From positions 326,080-390,079 of the forward strand of contig NMRA01000280.1 of the NCBI GenBank assembly GCA_002633005.1: a stretch of 64,000 nucleotides of DNA, read 5' to 3'. The first letter of the stretch is position 1. Each line of letters opens with the position of its first letter. The position numbers and the translations under genes were made by a program. The notes beneath the pieces are model-generated. The model saw only the letters and a list, made by a program, of their open reading frames with translations, searched no databases and was not told where the DNA came from. The stretch is from Phoronis australis (taxonomy: Eukaryota; Animalia; Phoronida). Shown piece by piece: positions 52,222 to 64,000 of this stretch.

Positions 52222-54108
52222 CGAAGTAAACTAATTGTCTGTTGTAGCATTTTATTCTCGTCGTGAATTTTGTCAACGATTCGAAGCAACTAGTTAATAT
52301 GATATAATTTTACTTTTAGCTTATTTATGGTTACGCACCTTTGAGAACATTGCGTTAAGGTGAGTACAATTATAATTTATATGAGTAGAATGTCTGATGC
52401 GGTAAACTTTTGAGGTTTTCTAAAATGATTCACATTGACCCTTGACACTTTTTAATTGAATAAAAATAGACGTGATCTACACACATGGAATTTGTAGACT
52501 TGCTGTTTTTGAAGCACGTCATCGGAAATGGTATTAAATTGCGTGGCATTGCTATCAGTGATGTGTGTTTCGATGAGTCTAGTGTATTAGCACTGAATGA
52601 ACGAGTATAATATGGTGGTTGAATCGTTATTATTGTTTGGTGTTTTGGGGACGTAACCGTTTGCAGAGTACGTTATCAGGACTGTGACAGTTTGACGTGG
52701 AGACAAAACAGTGAATCGGCTGCCAATGAACCAGCAATATTTTGCCGCCTTAAGTCCCCGGGCCGTCAACACATAGCTTTACCGAACTTGCACTTGTACG
52801 ACTGGACCCCAACTAGCACAGCGTCTGGCTTTATTGGCCGTATATACATATAACCCAGAGCAAAACAAAATGCCCACTAGCGTTGCCAGAAGTATTCAAC
52901 AGAGGGTAGCATACTGTTGGCGACCGCGGGATCGAGGAGGGCCTGAAATGAGTGGCAGCTTCTTTGCTACGGGAAAAAGGACGGGGAGAAAACGCGAAAT
53001 TGAAACGAGTTTCGACTGGAGAAGGACTTACTTGCAATGAACGAGGGTGGGGCACGGCCCCGATATCCCCCAACCTGCCGTGACTACGTCAAGGGAACCA
53101 TTTTATGTCTAATAATATGAACAATACACTTTGGTGTAGAATGACCAACGAGAGTTGAGTATTACTGGCGCATTCGCCTGCGCCACATGTTGGACAACTT
53201 GGTTGTCGGAGCTCTGTATTTTCAAAAAGTGTCTTGGGAATTTAATCCTTGAGCTAAGGTCACGAAGACTTATAAAAACGGATTTGTAGACTGCCAGGTC
53301 GCCCTATCGCTAGACGGCTCGCAATCTTAACCTGCTCGTTAATTTAGTGAATCCTCACCAATAGAATTATTTTTCAAAGTGATCAACTTAATAAGCTCGT
53401 CTGAAAGTCCGAATTATTGTTTGGTTAAACAGCATGGGTTAAGTAGGCTTTTAACCCTTTATCATGTCTAAATATTTGAGGTCGAGTTTAAATTATAAGT
53501 CTAATTGAAATAACTGAGAGGAACCCGAGTCGACCTAAATGGACGTCGCGCCGAACAATGACAAGTATGAGAGAAGTGAAACTCGATAATTCGACTTGGA
53601 AACAATCTTGTCGAAATGTCAAACACTGAAACATAGTGGCATTATTTTACTGTCAGTAGATAAGAGATTGAACGATAAATTACGATCTCCAAGACATTAT
53701 GGCATCTTCTTTTAGCAGTCGCAATAACCTGTGTAATATAAAGAATCACGGAATCCATTGGACCATTACGGGAAACGGTATTTTTGCTTCTACTTGTTAA
53801 CTGACGTATTTCCAGTTCATGTAATCTTTATTGGAAAACAACATATTGGACTAGTCAATACACAAGGATTTAAGTGTATTATTTAATTATAATTGTAGTC
53901 CCAGGTATTAACAAAGTTTTGCCATAACCTCCATTTAGGCCATCTATTTTCATATTCTGTGAATTCACGGGAGACCTAAACGCGAGATTTCTGATTGTCA
54001 CACCAAGGTGTGGTTCTCACTGTGTTGAGTACTTGCTACAACCTATATGAAACGAGAGAGGGAAGCGGTCAACTTTGGTCCAAACATGCTTCGAATGCGT
54101 CATTGTCC

Positions 54109-54182
54109 CATGGGCGGCACAGCACTGAAATATGTGGGGACTGTAGCCCCCCCCCCCAGCTCCCTACGGGGCGCCGGCCATG
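54109..54182. mobile_element. Small MITE, CATGGGCGGCAC...GCGCCGGCCATG
   Basis: Imperfect TIR with a perfect 5-bp TSD tgtcc/tgtcc. Confidence 0.7.
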
Positions 54183-55114
54183 TGTCCATGGGCATCCTAC
54201 TCACTTGGGATTCTTACTCAAGAGTGCAGCAATTCAGCGAACCTAACGTTTACTCGGTTCCTGACGACTTTCACTCGTTGCACGAAAAATGATGAGATCG
54301 CAGTGAAAGCTACCTTGGTATGTCGAAGCTATTACGTAAAGATGCACGTTTGAAACTAAGCTTGATCACACGGTTAGCTGAGTTTTAAGCTCTAGACTGC
54401 AGTTTCCGTTGACAAATCTGTTTCATGGTGTGCTTTATATTTCATTGTGGTTTAGTTTGTCATATTGCCCCATTTGTCAGTCCAAACAGTAGTAAAAAAG
54501 ATACTGAATTCTGTAATATCTTTGCTTGTAAACTCTCATGAAACTGACTACTGGGGACATTGACAGCGATTGCTTTGCTTCCTCTCTGTTGATATAAAGT
54601 TTAATAGTCTACTACCGATATTATGGGTAAGTACGGGTCTACGGGATCTTAAAATGTACATCAAACTTGACGCTGTTCGTCTTCGGGAAACGTACTCCGG
54701 AAAGCTTGTCACGATTGTGGAAAACCACAGCATTGAATATCTTTTGTATTTAAAAACTGGAGAATATTGCACATTGCGTGCCAAAAAAATACCGGCATCA
54801 TATCACGTAGCCTGTTTTTAAAACATCAGTTGTGATGCGTCAGTAACAAAAAAGTGACCACGAGTCAACAAAATGCGGTCTTTGAAGACTGATCTCAAAT
54901 TAGTTTCCGCTAGGAAAGATCGGACAGTTCGTTATTGCTCGAGATGGTGCGCGGCGCATAAAGTGACCCTGCACCGTGTCAAGTCGACTTGTTGAGCAGG
55001 GTCTCAAGTGCCGGTTCTGAAACTCTGAAACCAATGACTAAAAACTGAGAATTGTTTGCTAACGGTAAAAAGTCTAAATCTCAGTTTTTTATTTTGTCGG
55101 AAGATGGGTTTATT

Positions 55115-55230
55115 GGTAATGGTCGTATATAACGTGCCCGAATTTTGAGAACCTTTTTGTTCCACTGAATAACGGGCATCAAATTGGTTCTCAAAATACG
55201 GGCACATTATATCCGACTATTGCCGGGTTT
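55115..55230. mobile_element. Palindromic MITE, inverted copy of 25816-25933
   Basis: Hairpin ataacgtgcccgaattttgagaacc...ggttctcaaaatacgggcacattat. Confidence 0.75.
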
Positions 55231-58200
55231 GTAATCGCTTTAAGGTTATGTAAAACCTTATGGACAAGTCTACTTATAAAACCAAATATATAGAAGTCTC
55301 TGTAAAAGTTGACATTTTCTACAAGTAAAAAGTTTGTATAATTCAATATTTGCCTTTATATCAATCTGTTATTGATTGGGTCACGTAACGATGTCCTTTA
55401 GTAAAATTTAGCAAAAATGGTACATTTCTGACAAAACAATGTATGCTTACATTGATATTTGTCAACTTTTCAGCTGTGTCGTATTTAATATCAAATAGTT
55501 CTTTTCTTGATATATTTCACAGACTCGTAAAATATTATTTGCAAATGGAATCAAGTCAAAGCCCCGACGGTTTTGAAGACGCCGAAATGAGAAATGTCTC
55601 TAATAGCTTCTCAATCTGTCGTTTAGTGCTCATAGGATAGGTCTGACACATAACCTCTATTTGCAAGGATAGGTCAGTGAAACTTTTCTTCGTACTCAAG
55701 TAGTGTGACCTGCCCCCTTGTGGTCGTCAACTTACCATCTGCGGTGTTAGCCGGCTGTCTGGGTTGGTGGAACCCGTAAATAAGCGATGGACAGGAAATG
55801 AAAGTTTCGGCAAAATAATGCAAAGCAAGAACAACGTCTCTCAGAATGAACCTGTATTGTTTTTACAGCTGAAACGTGTGTTGCGAAGTCATTCACAAGC
55901 GCAATTTTGATGTCGGCCGACGTGTCGGGCAACTTCGTCTTCGCTCACATGAAATGGGCTTTACACGTGCTCAGGTTGAACAAAAAATTTACGCAAGAGA
56001 TTGTTTCCGCAAAATGGTCCCCGTGTTCAGATTTCAGTAATTATGTAATATCAGACTTCAATGCGCATTCCTTCAACACGAGTCATAGGTTCACAGTACG
56101 ACAACATGCATAACCTCAGAATGGTATGCTACCAGCAGGAACTGGTTTGATTTGAAATGTTTTCCAATATTGATTCTCTTCCTTGCTTGTGTAAAACAGC
56201 ATTTCCAGCTTTTTACGTTTTTCAATCGATTTGAACTTAAATATCAAGGAGTCGTAAATCTGTCTTCCATCACAAAACCTACTTTTGGTTTAGATCACTT
56301 ACCGTTTTGAGTTAGTCCTCAAATTGTTCCGTGGTCAAATTTTAGGTGATTTCAGGGCTCCAAAGTACTGACAGTTGGTTATTGCTTGGGACTACGCTCT
56401 ATTAGTTGGCTCATCGACGGGTTATTTCGTACACCGGCACGGAATAATGAACTGCCAGTTCTTTCCAAATCCAGGAATCGCTTTTCGTATGAGTATGGAA
56501 CAATGTTGAGACCAATTGTGTAGCGGCACGTGGTCTAAGTCAAAAGCAGACAACTTCCTTGTTTGCATCACAAAAATACATTCTGGGGATTAAATTGCCT
56601 TATTTCACATATCTGCATACTTGGGATAAAACGAAAAGTCTGCAAGTTCCTTATAAAAGTTCTACCTCCTTATTTGGTACGTTTACGTGACAAACAGAGA
56701 TAACCTATATCGCGTAGATAAAAACAATAAAACAAGAATGCTAGGTATTCCAATTACGTCATTCAATGAGTCTTAACGTTTGTCATTGTACGACCCTTTG
56801 TGTGATCTACCTGTGATTTCCAGGAATTACGGAGATCTAAATTATTTGTCTTTGATCACAAGCCGTGACACTAAGAATTTAATTGCAAAACAGTTTTAAA
56901 ATTAGGTCTTGTAGAGAGCACGTGAGCGATGACAGTAAGCGTTTTTGTGATTCAAAAGTATTGATTTTCAACAATACTGGTTTTTAATTAATCAGGACAA
57001 TTAAGTTGTTCATTTTCAACCGCGTTAGTCACAGGTCTCGGAATGCTAAGTGAAAATCCTCAAATACTTGGGAAAAGATGTGTACAGGTTCGTCGTCATA
57101 AACAGAAAACGATAAGAGTTTGACTCGGTAAATATATTTAACCTTTGGATGATTTTATGGTTTGCGGCATCTGCACTTGTAATTCTCAAACATTACAAAA
57201 TATGATTATCTATGGATTGTTTGCAAAGGCTCTTGAAAAATAATTGTAAATGACCGTTTTATTACCTTGTGCTATGAGCAGCGCGCAGCGGGATGCGTCC
57301 AAGTATTCTACTTAAACATCGATCACATTGTGTATAATCGACATTAACTGCAAAAAGATGTTGAAACTCTTCACTACAAGACCGCATGTCACAAACATGA
57401 AAGCCTCCTTACTGAATGGAACGTAAAAGAATTTACATTTATGACATTTTTACGAAGGGCATTTCCTCGTGGTCATATCCGATGGCTGAAAAAAATCGGT
57501 TTACATCAGATAGTGAATTGACTTTCAACGCGCCTGTTAAAGTGTTCTTAGGGATACAAAAAGTGCGAGACAAAGTTATTCTGAACACTTAGAAAAGTTA
57601 GTTCTGAAACAAAATAACTGATACTAAAATGAATGTTTGAAACGGCTATAAACCAGCGTTTCGTCCAAGAAGCGAACATTTTGATTTGGACCGATTAGGG
57701 GTTATAGATGGTCTCAACCAAACTGATTCCTTACTTATATGAGAGCAATTTATGAGTTTGGGAAACTGACAGTTCGTTATCTGTTGATACCATGTTCGGC
57801 ACATAATATGACGTGAAAAAGCCAACAAGCAATAGCGAGCAGTCACCTCTTTTGAAGTCCTGGAATCAACTTGAGACAAATTCCACAACGCTAAGTGGTC
57901 GGTGTGGTGGAAGGCGGATTTATTTCTCCTGCCGAAAACGTCACTTGGTGTCGGTGTTAATTCAGTTCCTGCTGAATGCTTGCGTTCGTTACAAAATCTT
58001 AGCAACGTAAATCGGCGTATCATCTCTGGGTTCTTTTGACTTTTATGTTTAACTATTATGAATTGTATGTGATTATTGCCGTGGGACTGCTGTTTCTGAT
58101 AATCCTTCTCGCTGGTTCCTTTTGCCAGCTCGCGATAATATTCCTCCGACTTAGTTGTCGAACTCATGTCAAGAAAAGTCTCTGGTGACACGTTGACATT

Positions 58201-59456
58201 TGTGATTTTGCGGAAATAACTGGATGTCCAGTAAGCAGATTCCAAAGTAGAGACAGAGCGCCGACCATGAAAAAATAAACAAACAATCGCCGTTGTTATG
58301 ACCTTTTTAATGTGTCATTCCCACGATGCCCCCTGGCGTGACGAGAACAAATAACGAGCTTGGCTGGTCCACTAATGTACGAGTCGCAGTCGACGACTTT
58401 TTGCAAACTCCATCTGTTGCTAAGTTTGTATTGTCGGTATAACTGATAGCTATTAGATAAAAAAAACTCTACTGCTTTTTCCATCGGCCTCTCTAATGGA
58501 TGTTTTGTCTCCAAGGTTTCGCTTTAGTAAAACCCCATATCACTGCACATGAATTGTTAAAAATTTGAGTCTGATATGCTTTGTATTAGCAATGCCGTGA
58601 AACTCGCGCGAATTTTTTCAAACCGGACCAAGAGATTTTATCCGAATGAGATGAACTTAGTCCAAATTAAACATGGCCGACTTACGCGAATTTTACTGTA
58701 CCAGATTGTTAGATCGACATTTGATTTCAAACTTAGAAGACAAGAAAACACTTTTTAGTTTCTAAGTTCAAATATTTAAATTATAGATTAGTGTGTTTTG
58801 CGTCCCTGATTCGAAAGGGTTGTTAAGAACCTTTTGAGCAGTTAATTTATTTCTTGTAGTTGGCTTACTAAGGAGAGTACCACTGAAAAGATCAATGGAA
58901 TATACGCCATGTTTTATGCAGACTAATTTAAATATTTCGCAGTTCGCCTTGGTATTTCCGCGGCGTCAAGTGGTTCGCTAGACGACAGGCGATTATAAGC
59001 TGGATTGAGTTGAACGATGTCATTTGGTTAAATTGGATTCTGAAACTGGAATTGCTGCCCCAATACACACTGATGTTTATTAGCATTTGTGCAAACATTC
59101 AAATGGGATTATCTACTGAAGCATATCCGGATGCAGCAACCGTGATTTTTATACCTTTAAGCCACAAAGTGAAATCGCACGTAAATACAAGACGCCGACA
59201 TCACACGACCATAGCATGGTCTTTCCTGGTGGTTTTCGCTTAGGTTTGTCTTGAAAATCAGCATTTATTAGCAAATTGCGTGATAGTGCTTTTTGGGGAC
59301 CCAATTGGTTTTAAAGCTATCTGTTGGGAGAAGCACATGGATACTTTATACCTTCGACGCAAATTTGATTCTAGCAATATTCTGGGACTGAGATTCTATA
59401 TGCAAAAGTTGTGCGAGGGGAGGGCACTTACATAGCTGAGATATACGAGACGTGTC

Positions 59457-59613
59457 CAGCGTTCGAAATACACGCTGGCCCAGTGTATCGGGGCCAGTGG
59501 ATTTGGGGCCGGGCCAGTAACTTTTAAAAGTTATCTTGGCACCTGGACCAGTAAATTTTCAGACTACCTGGCTCGGTGGGCCTGCACATTTATTTGCTGA
59601 AGTTCGAACACTG
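59457..59613. mobile_element. hAT-like MITE
   Basis: TIR CAGCGTTCGAA / TTCGAACACTG, internal ggccagt repeats, flanks gacgtgtc/gacgtacc (degenerate 8-bp TSD). Confidence 0.6.
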
Positions 59614-62600
59614 GACGTACCGTTCGGGGATTTTTTTTCGACCAAAGTCGCAACGAAAGGATATCTTTTCCGATTTAACTCCCTTGTTAAGAGTCCACTT
59701 TATGGATTGCAACTGCACAGAAGGGTCAATTTTTGCAGCAAACTTTACAAAAGAGTTTCGTATTTTGTTGAGGTTTGTTGCGTTTAAAATAAATTTAAAT
59801 GAAGGATTTTTGTGCAATGAAAAAACAACGGGGAAACATTTTGTATGGTTAGAAAGCCATTCAAAAAGGTAACGTTAGGGGGAAAATGGTCTTTGCGAAA
59901 TAATGACATTCCACTGAAGATCCCGCAAGATGGGTTACTTTTAATCGAGCCTACTGTCTAAATGCTCAGGCTAATCTTTGCCAGCAGTTCAAAACTTCAA
60001 CATAACGGCAGGCGTGCACTTGTTGCGCATGTGCGGATCTATTTCACTAGCTCAGTATTTTTACTTAAACACATCTGTTTCTTGTCATACGCTAATGGAC
60101 TGAACTTGGGAGTTAAACAAAAATAACTATAGTGTGCTTTGGCACAACTGTGTCAGTTTAGTCTGAGCTATTGTTGTGAATCGTCGCCTTATTGATGCGT
60201 AAATCGAAGCTGCTCAAGACTAAAGGACTATTCAAATTTTCATAAGGTTTGTAAACGTCTAACAACGATAGGCTAATTATTATTCATAGAAAACTGTCGC
60301 GATGGACAGTTCCTAATTGTGTGCAATTATGTCATGTTGTTAAGGAAATTGTATCTAGTTATATTCGAAACGATGTCCAAATAAACAGCATCCGGTAAAA
60401 CCGGTAAGTATATGTGCTTATGTGTATATCTTTCTGGGTACATGGAAGACAATGTCAGTATGTTAAATTAAATTGTGGTTTTTGTTGCGGTTGCGTGTCC
60501 TTATTCTACTTCGAAGGTCGTTAGTTTGTATCGAAGTCGGGGATGAGTTCTCGCGAGACTTTACCTTTGTTTAATGTTCGTCGGCATATCGGTTATGGAC
60601 AGAGAGCATTGCAGACCGAACATGCAGAATTTCTTCAACACGACCCAAAGTACTTGGTAACGAGATCCTTAATTAAAGCGGCATTACACTCGTGCCTTCT
60701 GTCAAAAAAGCTTTGATTTAGACCTCTTTCCGTCATAAAATTGTTTTGTCTTGTTCCTTGCTCAGTGATCTCTGGGCTCGGTAGGACTGACATTTCGTTA
60801 TTTCTTGAAGTCAATCTAAAAAAAAATAAAGTCACGTTGATTTTGCGATGGAAGGTGGGTATAGTAACCTCCCTTCTGGTCTCCAATTCGCTGTCGGCTT
60901 CATGCAAGCCGAAAATGCAGCCGCGCTCCTGAATTTGTTAACTTCCTTATTTGGAAAGCCACGTGAGTTAACTAACCCGATAAGTGTCATTACTTTCACG
61001 TTTTAAAAGGATTGTAGAAAATACACGAAAACCGTTTGTTTGTTATTTTGATATTATTTTGTACTCAATGAATTATTCTAAATGTCATCGTATATGTAGT
61101 AGAACACGAACACAATAACTGCACAGCCTGTAGGATAAGCTAAGGATCAATGCTGGGCATTTACAAAGAAATAACACCAGGGAAGAGCACGCGGAATGAG
61201 ATTATAAAAACATAAAACGTGTTGCTGTCACTGCGCGAACATCAACGTGGAGTAAAAGCAATAGACTATTGTTATGAAGAGGGTATTAATTTCGTGTCCT
61301 TGACGGGAGGGCCAGGCTTCGTTGCTAAGTTACTCAACATCATTTTTGTGACCAATCACGAGCCAGAATAGAACGGAGCCGCCTGGTTTCTGCTAGGAAC
61401 TATTCTAGGTCTCTTTATAAACGATTCGTACACGGTCGTTTGCATTGTTTGATACCCACGACTCTCGTCTGTCGTGAACATCACTTGTTACAACATAATT
61501 ATTCATCTAGTTCATAAGCCAACCCTATCGTTTATTATCTTACTGATTACTGGTCAGATTTATCTCCCCATGTTATCCCATGTAGGCATTTTCAGTCGAA
61601 AAAAGTGACATTATTTTGTAATCTCGGCATAAGTAATGTCCAGTGTCGTAACTGGGATTTATTACAATTGCTTCCATTACTCGTTGACGTTTCAATCTCG
61701 ATTTAAAACGGTTCTTTACGAAATGCTTTTTGAGCAGACTCTCCAAATGTTAGGCAGTTCTTCGTGAGCCGAGTCGCGGTCGAGCCCTGTGTCTAGTTAG
61801 GGTAATATTGCCTAAATTTTTAGCACTTGGATCTGGAAGACCATATTATGGTGCGCGTTCTTCGACCCCTGACTCATGCAAAGTATTACGGCAATACGCT
61901 GATGTATATTGCTCATTCAACTGCTTGTCATCAACTAGTGTGGGTGTTTACTTGGTGTTTACCTGCTGCAATGGTTATTGGATTATTAAGCGATGTAGGA
62001 GTAGGCTAATTATTGGCATATATCATGGGAATATAAACGAGACTGTCTTAGTTACGTGGAAAAAAATCTGTCAATTTATAAAAAGTGGTCGGTGGGCAAA
62101 TATCGTCAGGCTCAACACAGTCAATGATACCGCAAAAAATCTGAACATTTTGATTCAAACACGACTTATTTGTAGCGAATCCTTTATCTGTTGCGAGTGG
62201 GCAATAGACCAACAATACAATCCTCTGCTGAAGATTGTCTGATTTATGTTCTGAGTGCATGCACTTAGAATTAATTAATCTTCGTGCCTTACGGATAAAA
62301 TGTATGTTTACGTATTGTCAAGTCACGTCTTTCACATAGCTGAGCGATATTAATTAGACACGACCAATTATTTTGCTATGACCTGTAGTGCTAAGACTCG
62401 TTATTCGTTCTCTTCCTTGCACGGTGGCTATGCAGTTTCGTTTCCTTTTTCGCCGGGTTGGTTACGTTACACTCCATTGTTGAGTTGGGATTCTGCAGGT
62501 AATTGGCAACATCAGAATGTGCGGGGTCCCTGACAGATTCATTTGGGCTGGAGGAAATGGGGGCACGACAAGAAAACTCCGTTGGCGGCAAGCCGTTCTA

Positions 62601-63082
62601 AATACTTGCGCGGACATTTTTTCTTTGAAAATTGTNCCCGCCCTCCCCCCAATTACGACATCTTAGACCCGCCAGTGACAGAAATAATATGATCATCAAT
62701 TTCTTAGTTTGTATGAGGGTCGACATTCCTTCTTGACAACTGTGGTTTAGCTGAGTTGTTGTACTGAACCTTTCAGACTTTAAGTAAAACTATCGTTATT
62801 TTTTTACTTTTCTGGGACGAGTCAGTGGCGGCTGTTACACGGTCCTTGTGTCAAGTCTTCCATGTCGATTTTCTGGTCATGCCTCGGCAGCTGAGTTAAA
62901 GCTGCCGTCAAACAAAATCGACAGCTCAGAGTTCACGTAATTGATGCCGTGAGTCAATCACTACTGTATAACCCAGACAACTTTAGATGTTCAGCTCGTA
63001 ATTCAGGATACATGTTGGCTCTGATAACCGCTGCCAACATCCGCTAGCCAACTCTGTGTTCCCTGGCACAAAACTGTGTTCG

Positions 63083-63255
63083 TCATCCAACGAGAAAGAC
63101 GGATTTCCCGAGCTCATCAACTCGCCCATCTTCGTCTTTATATTTGAAGTGGTAGTTGTTATTCACCAATTGGACATTCGATAAAAACCCGTCGAAGTTA
63201 AACAAGTCTCTGTTCATCAAGAAGTTGTACTTGTCGATAGCTTGGGTTTCAACAG
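63083..63255 (-). CDS. Probable terminal coding exon of an unidentified gene extending beyond the window end (xVETQAIDKYNFLMNRDLFNFDGFLSNVQLVNNNYHFKYKDEDGRVDELGKSVFLVG*)
   Basis: Branch-like cttaac plus acceptor ctttcaacgtttatgctag; 56 open codons, many C-ending, then TGA. No family recognised. Confidence 0.4.
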
Positions 63256-64000
63256 CTAGCATAAACGTTGAAAGGTAACGTGACCGTTAAGTTGTAACTT
63301 AACAGGCTATTCGTGATTTTAAAAGTTCATACTAGGTGATGCGTAACAGAGGTAATGACTATTCGGTTTTGTCTCATTTCACGTTATTTCACAAATACCA
63401 TGGATTTTCAGCATATGTTAGTGAACGAATATGTGTTTACATTACCCCCGGCGAAGCATGCTTCTTATATAATGCTGTTTTTAATGACAGAGCTTAATTG
63501 CATTTAAGGCTATATACTTATAGATGATTAAAAATATTTTCTAGCGAACTAACGCCGTGACGGGTACCTTTACCAGTTGTACTGCGTGCCAACTGCAATA
63601 TGGACGCACTTGTGTTATTGATGATGATTTATCGTGAATTTCGTTCATATGATGCAATGTTGCAGAGGCTTTTAGTAAAATGAAACACGACACCCTTTTA
63701 TAGGCCTTATGTGTTTGAGGCACTCTGCGCAGATCAGCACTGAATAGTTCTCAGAAAAAGGAGGGGATTATACGCATTTCCCCCGACTGTAATCTTAATT
63801 TCAACCGTAATCCACCATAAGTTGTTACCCTCCAGCAAGTGAACCGAAATGCAGTCCATAATTTTTTACTTATCTGCGGAATGAATGGCTATCACATGAA
63901 ATATTTTTAGAAACTTCCGTTAGGTTCATGAAATTCTAGCATACGTCGTCTTGTTTACATTTTTACGTCAGAGAGACCTGAGTGCTTTGAGATTTCAAGA

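Noticed and set aside
52049-52276. Poly-Asp ORF
   Set aside because: It is simply the translation of the (CAT)n microsatellite.
57890-57980. tRNA-like A-box/B-box remnants on the plus strand
   Set aside because: No cloverleaf and degenerate boxes; at most an old SINE head.
57646-58245. 199-aa minus-strand ORF
   Set aside because: Non-ATG start, no AG acceptor at the upstream pyrimidine tract, no recognisable domain, and the C-terminal half looks non-coding. It cannot be supported without expression data.
61808-62242. 144-aa plus-strand ORF
   Set aside because: TTG start, no splice context, and composition typical of random AT-rich sequence.
62850-63085. TGA at 63083-63085 read as selenocysteine with a downstream SECIS
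   Set aside because: The nearby ATGA..AAA..GA spacing is too short for a SECIS helix and read-through hits TAG soon after.

Overview
This is eukaryotic (animal) genomic DNA, AT-rich and intron-rich. The repeat content and patchy CpG depletion suggest an invertebrate bilaterian, but the taxon cannot be fixed from sequence alone. All recognisable genes are on the minus strand. (1) The 5' part of the trifunctional purine-synthesis gene GART: 11 coding exons between 13260 and 668, covering the GARS domain and part of AIRS; the gene continues past the window start. (2) An FRS2/FRS3-like FGFR adaptor with an intronless 404-aa CDS (23912-25126), probably preceded by a ~23-kb 5'-UTR intron and a promoter near 48.9 kb. 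(3) An intact 7SL/SRP RNA gene (50723-51022) with upstream CRE and TATA-like elements. (4) A probable terminal coding exon of an unidentified gene near 63.1-63.3 kb. The rest is intron or intergenic DNA with many non-autonomous DNA transposons: Helentron-type HINEs carrying arrays of CTCF-like motifs, MITEs with 3-, 5-, 6- and 8-bp or TTAA target duplications, and tandem repeats. The most interesting points are a weak donor with an in-frame stop exactly at the GARS/AIRS boundary (candidate monofunctional GARS isoform), the CTCF-motif arrays in HINEs, a duplicated splice donor in a GART intron, and a vertebrate-like CRE upstream of 7SL. I see no convincing wholly new biological system. Most listed ORFs are spurious. 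All coordinates were read by eye.
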